From Penicillus capitatus (Eukaryota; Plantae; Chlorophyta), in the NCBI GenBank assembly GCA_965649825.1, contig OZ287700.1, positions 496,001 to 560,000 on the forward strand: a stretch of 64,000 nucleotides of DNA, written 5' to 3'. This document shows positions 40,851 through 50,406 of the stretch, in pieces (the stretch's first letter is position 1; each line of letters begins with the position of its first letter). The notes beneath the pieces were generated by a model. The model did no database searches, had not been told where the DNA came from, and was given only the letters and a program-made list of their open reading frames with translations. The position numbers and the translations under genes were made by a program.

Positions 40851-41878
40851 TTAGAGGTCCGATGAAACGATGCCACGAGTTATGTACAAGAGGAGAGGAT
40901 TTCTGATACCGATGTCCATTCTTAAATGCTCTCCAGGGGAGACCAAACGATCCTGCCAGCCCCATGTTACAAATCTTCCTCCTTCATATATGTAGAGAGG
41001 CGGCTGGGTACGATCATGTTGAATAAAATGCACCAGAGGTGCCCAGAAGGTTCCGCCTTCTTGATGGAATGTACAGCACTGCACGTGAGCAAAGGCCCAG
41101 AGCAGGTCTTTGACCTGGGAAAAGGAGATCCAGTAAATATAGCGGGTTTAGGAGAGCGGCCATACCGAAAGCTGCATAAATTGGCCGTAGAGTTTTTGCA
41201 GTTGCTGGGCGATGAGGTTATTTCCACTGCGTTCTTCCCGTATCGTCTCCTGCAGTTCCTCATCGTATTCAATCTCTTTCAGATCTCGAATCTGCATCAG
41301 CCATGGACAGGCAGGTGTCTCCGGCAGGCTTTCAATGGCTGGATACCACATGGACATCTCTCCTAACAACGCCGCGATTTCAAGACCGCTTCTCTGCCGT
41401 CTCTTACCTTGCTTCTTGTGATAAGCAATAAAGAGGGCGAGAATCTCAGACGTTGGTCTGTTGTAGAGGGGTGGACATCCTGCAGATGCAATGATGTCTT
41501 CCAGATCATCCAGAGCTCTCCTTCTGTCGACCACTACAGAGGATGGTATGGTGATGCAAGGATCCAATATGTCTTTGCCTTCGACCCCACACACAGTTCT
41601 CAAAGACCTGCAGAAACGAGGGTGTTACTCTTTCGAGAGGCGGCAGCTTAAGTACAGGTAAGGCGGTTTCTCCGATCTCTGCAGTCGCAGAGCGTCATGT
41701 ACAAAGCCGCCGTTTTCGTGGACCCAGTCTTTCAATTTGCTGAATTTTCGATCGAGCATCGATTCCGCCTGGTCGCTTCCGATAGCCGCGACTAGCAAAG
41801 ACACACGACGGTGTCCATCAGAAAGGCTCAGCGACAAAACACTTCACCTCGGTGCGTGCGAGCGATCCCGCACTTCAT
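40851..41878 (-). CDS. SET-domain protein, Rubisco-LSMT/SETD-like (SET core only)
   Basis: KLKDWVHENGGFVHDALRL, ITIPSSVVV, SMWYPAIESLP, LWAFAHVQCRTF, APLVHFIQHD, GEHLRMDIGIRNPLLLYITRGIV*. ATG 41878 joins in phase via one intron. Confidence 0.65.
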
Positions 41879-41936
41879 GGAACCATGGGTTGGAGGTCTG
41901 AGGTGTATCGGCATCGGCTATGGCTTAACAGAAGGT

Positions 41937-41941
41937 AAAAA
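41937..41941 (-). terminator. Pol III oligo-T terminator (T5) of tRNA-Leu
   Basis: Minus strand reads ..TGTGCA gaTTTTTacc immediately after the tRNA 3' end. Confidence 0.8.
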
Positions 41942-41943
41942 TC

Positions 41944-42027
41944 TGCACAGAGTGGGATTTGAACCCACGCAGACTGACGTCTATTCGAACTTGAGTCGAA
42001 CCCCTTGGACCGCTCGGGCATCTGTGC
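41944..42027 (-). tRNA. tRNA-Leu, anticodon CAA, intronless, long variable arm (84 nt)
   Basis: GCACAGA/TCTGTGC acceptor stem plus discriminator A; D-loop GAGCGGTCCAAGG; anticodon arm TTCGA-CTCAAGT-TCGAA; variable arm TAGACGTCAGTCT; T-arm GTGGG-TTCAAAT-CCCAC. Confidence 0.97.
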
Positions 42028-42121
42028 GCTCACAGAAAGTCGAAAACTGGCTCGGCGAGCCCTAATATATTCTCGCTTGCCCTATTCTCGCACGTACATA
42101 CACACAGAGCACTTCATTCTC

Positions 42122-42967
42122 TTACACATTATACGGCCGACCGACGGCCATGATCGAAGGATCTACGACAACAAGATTCACTCCGACTCCCTCTGACATC
42201 ATCGTAATTCTAAACGGCTGCAAAACTCCAACTCTCCGAGCCACTCTAGGGCTGATGCGGAACAGAGGGCAGAAAGCTACAAACCCGGCAATGCCCACAG
42301 CATAGCCTCCGTTGCAAGGATTGAGGATGCGTCCTTGTACCAGTGTCTCTTTTGTAAACGCCTCTCTGAGTTCTTCCCAAACGAGGGTCTGCCGAATGCT
42401 TGCTCGCATTGTTCGTGTGCTCACAAATAATTCTCCATTTGGCGTCCCGACTTCTTCAATTCGGAATTGCAGTTCATCTCCTTGCCGCAGACTCTGTTTT
42501 CGATGTTCTTCCTGATTCTGCTGATCCATTTGATCGTCTTTTCTGTAGATCTGAGATAAGGTCAGCTCGCTTTTGAAGAACATTTGGTAGTCCTTCCATC
42601 CCAAGTCTACCAAAACCTCTCTTTTCCCAACCGCCACGACGCGTCCCACAATCGTCTGCTGTTTCAGGTTATGGAGTGAGGAGTTATGGGCTCGGATTTC
42701 CCGATCGACCTCCGATTCGCCTTCGCGTTCGGGGAAGACCGCTGGACGATCTTCCAACACTTTCTTAGGAACGGCATCCTTCTGCGGCTCTTCTTCCTTT
42801 GCCTCGCGCTCTCTTAACTTCCGCATGGGCTCATCCATGAATTCACTCACAAGAGATGCCACCTCATCCTCATAGAGTCCATCTACCTGTTGGCCGTTCT
42901 CTGTAGAAAAGAATCGAAGGGGTCGGATTCGCGCGACCGCGACAGCTCGACGGAAACGGAGAAGCAT
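42122..42967 (-). CDS. RPS1: Mitochondrial ribosomal protein S1 (bS1m), nucleus-encoded, intronless
   Basis: Arg-rich presequence MLLRFRRAVAVARIRPLRFFST; S1 folds IVGRVVAVGKREVLVDLGWK..FFKSEL and VQGRILNPCNGGYAVGIAGFVAFCP. Confidence 0.8.
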   Translation of the reverse strand: MLLRFRRAVAVARIRPLRFFSTENGQQVDGLYEDEVASLVSEFMDEPMRKLREREAKEEEPQKDAVPKKVLEDRPAVFPEREGESEVDREIRAHNSSLHNLKQQTIVGRVVAVGKREVLVDLGWKDYQMFFKSELTLSQIYRKDDQMDQQNQEEHRKQSLRQGDELQFRIEEVGTPNGELFVSTRTMRASIRQTLVWEELREAFTKETLVQGRILNPCNGGYAVGIAGFVAFCPLFRISPRVARRVGVLQPFRITMMSEGVGVNLVVVDPSIMAVGRPYNV

Positions 42968-43000
42968 CGAATAGAATGAAATCGGTGACACGGATGGTGT

Positions 43001-44234
43001 TTACTCATGATGGATTTCGATAACGGTACGGTGATGGAGTCCATCGCCTTCTAGATGGGCGAACGGTAATAGCCATTTCCACCGTGCAGGTCCAAAGAGA
43101 GTGACGAAATTCGTGGCAAAGCCTAGATCGTAAGGGTGTCTCCAGAAGGTCCCCGACTTGGAGGCAATCAATTTCGCATGGACTCCCTGACTCCATACGA
43201 TTAATACAAATGCCCATGGACGCGAAAAGGAGAGGCACTTCGTGATATTCGATGGTCGTTTTGTTCGAAGCGATCAGCGAAATGTGCCAGAAGAACAAAC
43301 CCAAGAGCACCAGCTCCACCAAACAGCACCCCAAGAGCACCACAATCTACAGCGTCTCTTTTATTATTGTCATACGACATGTTTAATCAAACCTGTAAGG
43401 AATGGATCCAGGATGTATCGAGTGACTCCCCTGGCTGCAACTGCCTACGGAAGAAGATCTAGTATGGCAAGAGGAATTCGCCTTTTTACTTCAAGAGATA
43501 ACGCTGATGGGTTATCGTCAAGAAAATGTGATGCGCCAGTGTGAGAAGCATGACTAGACAAGAGATGTCAAGTAGGAAAGAAGAGGGGAGGCCGCTCACA
43601 GATGAGGAAGGAAATGAAAGCTCGATAGTTTCGGTGACCGATGCAGTTATTCATCCATGGACAGTGATGATCCTACAAAGAGAGTGCATCCCAGCACGCT
43701 GGTATTGTATAACGACCATTCGGAGGATGCAGCGCTCACAGATTCGGCAGTGATGGCATCTTGGCGGTTTGAAATTTTGGCACTTTTGGCAGAAACGATG
43801 CTCTCCTGTCTGCAAAAATCTCCGTATTCTACTGACTGAGTGTTTAATTCCGAGGCTCACCTTTTTCTTGACTTGGATGATGCTCTCGTGCGATTCTTCA
43901 TCGGGTCGCCAGTTTTCTGGAACCCTTCATGCGTGAATCATGAAAATGGGCGATCTCCCAAGCAGAGTCGCACTTTCCAGGATCCACAAGGACACATAGA
44001 AAGTACAGGAAAATGCTTGAGAACGTCGTATAGCTCAAAGCGACTAGATGTACGACAGATGCAAAAGAAACCCCAAGCCAAGGCAATACCTATTCCCAAT
44101 CCCGCTTAGTCCTTTCGCTCACAAAGTGAGATGTGTGTTCTTACCACATTGAAAACACTATGGAGGTAAAGAGCTGAAATAAGCACCGCGATGGTTGCCA
44201 CAAGGACATTGATGCGTCGAACGGCTGAAGTCAT
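43001..44234 (-). CDS. DHHC-type protein S-acyltransferase (zDHHC)
   Basis: [70 protein letters not shown]; TM helices. Confidence 0.93.
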
Positions 44235-45814
44235 AGATGAAACAGTAGATCGTCAGCTACGATGCGTCATGAGTTAGAGGATGTCGAAATCTATCAAACG
44301 GCAACGTGTTTCGTTTGCATTAGCTACCACGCATGCTTTATTGTCGTCTTCTAAGTAGCGTTCGCCGAGAGAGTTCTTTCTCACTATGCCTCGGCCTTGG
44401 CGTCCGTAACAACGACAGATCCTTTAGAATGTACTCTTTCGATCGAGTTTCTTGTCGAAGGTCGGACGGAGAGTAATCAGGCCTTAACAATTTCTTCTAA
44501 TTGTTAGCTTCAACAACATTCTTATTACAATCTAGCTTCGTGTCCATAAAACCACATACGTGGACTATAAACGATCAAACTTTCAAGAATCGTGTTCCTC
44601 TCTCGACATTCACTGCAAGGACAAGAATGACGCTTCGTGGAAAATACTCAACTAATTCATAGCATGTATTCTAATCTATACTCAGAACAGCACATGATCA
44701 GAATTCGTCTATCGACAGCACGCAGATTGGATCTCATTCAACGCTAGAGTAATTTGATAGCTGTTTTGCCGCCATTAAAACGTCGAATGCTTCATCGGCA
44801 CATTTCTTCCCCTTTTCCATTAGGTGTAATTGTTGCGATTCTGACACCGATGACCAGTTGTCGGTTAGGGCATAAATCTGACTTGTTCAGCCGATTGGTT
44901 TGCCCATCACAAACGAGTTGCTTTCAAAAGAATACACATCTTCTTAAACAGATCTCTTTTTGTATTCCGCAACAATCTTGATTGCGAATCTTTGTCCTGT
45001 TGCGTGTCAGTAGATCGGTTGTAGGAGAACGTACAGTTTTCTTGTGTGCTGATCGACAAGTCCTTGTCGGCAACCTTTCGAGTGCTAAACGCGTGTAGGT
45101 CCTGTTCTCCACGCAAGGAAAAGTATAGTTAACCGGATGCTGCTTCTTTTAAAGCTATAATTTTTCTGTCACTGTTCCGTTTTGTTAATACTTAGATATG
45201 CGGTGTCCGCTGCTGGTAAACGTTTTTCAAACTAAACTTGATACATTTGTTTTCTTCATTGCCTCTTCAATCCACTTTTCGAAGCTTCGACTCTACACCT
45301 TTCATGCTACAGATACGTTCTGTATACCACCTCTTCTTAAAAACAACGAATGTGCAAATCTTGTAATAGTTACAATATGCCATTCTCGATCAATCAATAG
45401 ATGCGTTTTCTCGTGATAGTTCTTCAATTGGTCAATGTCTTAACGACGTGTGTATCGCCTATTTTCTTGCACCTTTGTTAATTACTTGCTTCACGTACAC
45501 TCAACTTCCACATTGATGATGTCTCACATGCCTCTTTATCTTCGTATTGCCGTAAGTGTAACACTGCTCCTAATCGTAATCATAATACCACTTACAAGAA
45601 ATAGATGGATCCACACAGTTTTTCTCGTTAGTTTATGGTTAGTTTTGATGTTCTCTCGGCACTTGTGTTAATAATTCGTGAGCATTTCTATCGACCGATC
45701 TTAAAGCTACTCACAAAAGCTAAACAAATCAGGACGTTTTTGCGTTAGTTAATGGATTTCATCGTATCCACTCTGAGAGTTCTTGCGCTACGTAAAATTC
45801 TTGATTATCTCTGT

Positions 45815-45843
45815 ACCTAATGTTTTACGTCAAAACATTAGGT
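45815..45843. repeat. Perfect 12-bp inverted repeat with 5-nt loop
   Basis: acctaatgtttt-acgtc-aaaacattaggt. Confidence 0.9.
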
Positions 45844-45991
45844 TTATTGTATCTTGGGTTGTTTGGGTGGTACTTTCTTTTGCTCCGGTGTTCTTTTGCT
45901 TAATGTTCTTATTGTGTGACTAAAAGAGATGTATCAAAGCAAGTACATTTGCCTCGTCATTAAGAATTAGGTTTAAAGTTTGAACCTACTG

Positions 45992-46100
45992 GAAAGCGGA
46001 TGCGCTCGTGGAGTGTAAGTGTATTTGAAAGCGGATGCGCTCGTGGAGTGTAAGTGTATTTGAAAGCGGATGCGCTCGTGGAGTGTAAGTGTATTTGAAA
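45992..46100. repeat. Perfect tandem repeat, 35 bp x 3 plus 4 bp
   Basis: gaaagcggatgcgctcgtggagtgtaagtgtattt at 45992, 46027 and 46062; no spacers. Confidence 0.97.
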
Positions 46101-46605
46101 TCCAAGGGAATCTCAAGTGCATTTTGCCGGACATCTTTTCTACATGCAACACACATCACTAGCATCATATCCATCAATCGTCTCGTACCTTCCCGGGACC
46201 TTCACAAGTCGACTTTTTCCGTAGTACGTATAGCTGTTGTACAATGCGCCGAGAGACGGCAAGTGAAAACAAATCTCTCAAAGAAAAAATGACCATCTTT
46301 AAGGCAGAGGTGCTAAGTCCGTAATATATGTGTGAGAACGCTGTCGTTTTGGTTTTACAAAACTCTTTAAAAGTGATACGGAACCTATCTACTGCATAGA
46401 TTTCAGTTGCTTGTCGATATGCGACAATAGATCAACGTTCCTGAAAGTCACTTGCGTCCTTTGCAAGATCTGTTCCATTAAGAGTGAAATGACTTCGTGT
46501 TAAATAGATGATACAACATAACTCGACGAAAAACGTTTTGTCGCATCACACAGGGACTTGCATAAAGAATTGGTCACATCTTTCAATGTTTTTGCAGTCG
46601 TACTG

Positions 46606-49254
46606 ATGTGGAACTTCGAAAACTTGACGCATCAACTTGGAGATGCCTTTGAGAAAGTGCGCAAGGAAGTTGAATCCTTTGGTCAGTACGATGAAGAAAC
46701 GGAGAGGGAAGCGGCGACGTACGAGACAGTATCAGGTTAACTGTAAGCGTTGCCGAGAGTCCACAGACGAACCATGTCGTAGGCGTGTCGAATGTTCAGC
46801 AACCCCTGTATTTTGCTGCAAACTATGACCCTGACGCTGCCGTTGGCGTTCAAAGTCCAAGAGATGGACACCTGAGAGAAGCAATAAGAGAGGATGACAC
46901 GATAACAAACACGCAGCCTGAAAAACATCATTTGGGAAACGGAAATACCGAGAAGGATCTCGCACATCAAGCTTTACTCTGTGTCAGATTCATCATCCAA
47001 GAAGGTTGCACTCTCCACGAACCAGCAAACGATAGGAGTGTGGCCTTTTGGCGTTTAGATGCCGTCTCACATAATGGGACTGTTGAACAAAGAGGCCCTG
47101 TGCGACTCGAACTGCGTGTAATTTCCAATCCCACTACCACAGAACTTTCAAAGGAGATTTCTGGTCAAACTGCATCAGAAGGAATGATTGATGCGATCCT
47201 TTATTATAGATGAAAAGGAGGAGTCGTCTAAACCGGAGATGCAGAGATTACTGGAGATTCGAGAACGGCAGCTCCAGGAACAGTCTTTGAAGCTTCTTCA
47301 GCTACAGGTGATCTCCATCTGATACCACTCTGACACAGGATTACAATCCACTTGCTGTCAGGAAAGAAACGAAGTGCTCGAAAAATCTTCACTATCGATC
47401 TCCCTAGAAGATCATGATGCGATGAAGCAGCAATATGAAGAACGCCTAAGGAATGCCGAAAACAGGATTTACTCCCTGGTGAAAGAACGCGATGCTCTTT
47501 TGCGAACATCGGCCCAAGATTCGAATAAGAGTGCCATCATCAAAGAAAAAGACGAAATCATAGAAGAAGTGGGCCTTAAACACAGTTCTTCTGAAAGTGT
47601 GCGATGCTCTGTCTTAGGTGATGGCTGAAGGGCAGCGACTGTCGAAGAAACAGATGGACTTAGAGACGGCCATTCGCAAGAAATCTGCAAAGATCCGGGA
47701 GATTGAGGATGAGAACGAAGGACTAAAGGAGAAGCTTATGGAAGAGCTTTCCAAGTGCAAACAACTTTCCATCGAGAAACAGCAGCTGATGCAGTCATTG
47801 CAAGATGCAGAAGCTCTTCAGAAACAGCAACTTGCCATCCAGCGTGCCCAGTTCGAGAAGCTTCTGGAAGATACCTCCGCCGCTCAGGCACACGCTGATC
47901 AAGCCGCCAAAGAAATGGCCAAAGAAAGCCTCATGAAACGCATTCAGGACACAGAAACGAAGAATCAAACGTTGACATTGCACGTAGAGGCTCTTCATTC
48001 GGAACTAGAAGCGCAGAAGCGACAGTCGGAGACGTCGGAGAAGAGGTGGAAGGCCGAAATCATTTCGCTGGAAGAACGATGCCATGAGGCAGAGATGCGC
48101 CACGAGGAGCTCTTGGCAAAGTTCCCCGAAGCAACGAAACCTCTGCTGCATCAATTAGAAACGCTTCAGGCGGACATGGACACCAAATCCGAAACATGGC
48201 TCTCGGCCGAGAGGTCGTTTCTGGAACAGCTGGAGGCCGTCGAAGATGCCCTTCAAACAGCAGAAGCTAAAGAGCAAGCCAGTCTTGGGAAATTGAAAGT
48301 ACTCCTCCCGAGGCAGAGGATCGTTAAACACGTCGCGATCTTTTGCACAGGATGTTCAGAAGAAATACAACAATTTGGGAAAAGACTATGAGGAATGCAG
48401 GAAGGAGTTGTCTGAGGCAGTAGGTTTGAACAAAAACCTTCAAAAGGAGCTCAATCAGGCAAAGGAGGATTTAGAGATCTCGAATGCCCAGCTGCAGAAG
48501 CGGGATGTTGAAGCAGAGAAGCTTAAATCGACGCATCAGAAGGCTTTGGAACAATTGCAGGCGGAGATTTCTGCAGAACGCACTTCGAAGTTGTCGCTGG
48601 GGATGGAACTGCGTCAACTGCAGATGGAGCATCAGAAATTGTCAGCTGATCTCGAAGATCTGATGAAATCCTCTACACCAAACACCAAGCACGATAAGAC
48701 AGGGTCAATCGGTAAGGGACGTGCTGTCTCCGATAGTGGAAATAGAATATATGTGTGACAACAGTGGATGAGATATCAGTCTTCTCGGAAATGACAGATC
48801 GAGAAGGCGATTCCCTATCGACCAAAAGCATTTTCGCTTCAAGGCACCATCAACTCGAAAGACTGCAGAAACAGGTTCAATCTCTTGAAAAGACACGAGA
48901 ACAGTGCGTCGCCTTCCATGTACACGGTACCATACAGAATACATGCCTTGTGGTGTATAGTCTCTCGGCTGAACTGGTGACGGCGGCCCAGAGGGCGAAC
49001 AAAGCAGAATCCAATCTGGCAGATTATGTGAAAATGAAGACAGAGCTGTCCGAACTGCAGATGCGCTACTCTTCTGCCATTGAGCTGCTGGGCGAACGCG
49101 AAGAACAGGTGGATCGTTATTCGGGTTCCGCTTTCATTCATCTCACGCATATTAGGTGGAGGAGCTCAAGTCGGATCTGGAAGATTTTAAGCAGATGTAT
49201 CGAGAACAGATCACCTATGTCGCCGAACAGCTTTGTGCAGCAAAACCCCAATAA
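46606..49254 (+). CDS. Golgin candidate 5 / TMF1 (TATA element modulatory factor)-like
   Basis: KDEIIEE/VMAEGQRLSKKQMDLETAIRK, EMRHEELLAKFPEATKPLLHQLETLQ, and C-terminal TMF domain RYSSAIELLGEREEQ/VEELKSDLEDFKQMYREQI. Confidence 0.88.
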
Positions 49255-49289
49255 TGACCCGTTCGTTGCCTATGGACTCTCTATCTCTT

Positions 49290-50257
49290 TTAAAGTTCGT
49301 GCTTTGCTCGATAACCAACAAAGCTTGTGATTCGAATAAAGAAGACCATGGCTGTGAATACGAGGCCCACGAAAAGCAATATGAGCAGCATGCGACAGGT
49401 GCCCACGCGGCTCCTACAGAAAACGATGTCAGTGCTGGAAGTGAGTCGTCAGAGATAACGTTTTGTATTGTTTAGCAGCATTCTTGCTGGCCTCTTTGGC
49501 TGCTGCGGCTGAATACTCCAAGGCATCCGCTGCTGCATCGATCGCTGCATCTCTCTTTTCCAGAGCAGACTGCATGGCATACGTCCCTTGTTTCAGATCG
49601 CGTGCCAGTTTTAACAGTTCATTCGTCATGTTCTCCTGCAACTCCGCATGCATTTCCAAACTACAGCAGTGCCACTCATACAAGACAACAGAAAACAATC
49701 CACACGTCTTCTTTGTCTCCTTTCCCACTTGACTGCTCTGCACCAGCCGTCCAAAATCGCGATAGACATTCGGTTTGGCTTCGGAGCTTGACGGCTGAGA
49801 GAGTACTGCTGGTCGTTGATGCGGTGAGACTGGGGCAGCTGTCGTTTTCGGGAGTTTCTTGCAGAAGAGAGGGATGTCTGGGGTAAGCAAAGCGTTTGCT
49901 AAGTAGTCCACATGAAGGACGTACTGTCCGACCACCTCACTCGGCAGACTGCAGTCAAGACTCCAGTAAACACCATTCCCATCTTATCCGTGTAAAGCCT
50001 ACTGTATTGTTGTGCTGTTTCTAAGATGCGCCAATTGGTCCTGCAGTTCTTCCACATACTATAGCGCCACATCACTTGATCCTTTTCAGAGCAGGATAGA
50101 CTCTTGGAGAACACACCCGGTGAAAAACGGGATCGCGTTTCCACGCATCGTCCGTTGAATTCTTTACTCTTTCAAAACACCTCGACAAAAATCTTCTGAA
50201 CTGCACTTCCTGGTTTCCCGAGTCAGGAGGCGGTAGCTTCTCTACATCCACCGACAT
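49290..50257 (-). CDS. USE1: Qc-SNARE USE1 (Golgi-to-ER retrograde transport)
   Basis: EVQFRRFLSRC N-terminus, SNARE helix HAELQENMTNELLKLARDLK..QSALEKRD..A, C-terminal TM MLLILLFVGLVFTAMVFFIRIT, ends GYRAKHEL*. Confidence 0.8.
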
Positions 50258-50406
50258 GTCTCGTTTTTGGTACAGATGTCACATCATTCTGCAAGCGTAC
50301 GTTTCATTTCGAGTTCATCCGCCATCATCGTTGTCGTATCGATACATAAACGTCGTCGTCGCGTTCTTCGATCTCCATCGCCGACTAAGGCGTCGTCGTC
50401 GTCGTT

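Noticed and set aside
45992-46100. CRISPR array from the 35-bp repeat
   Set aside because: Units are directly adjacent with no spacers.
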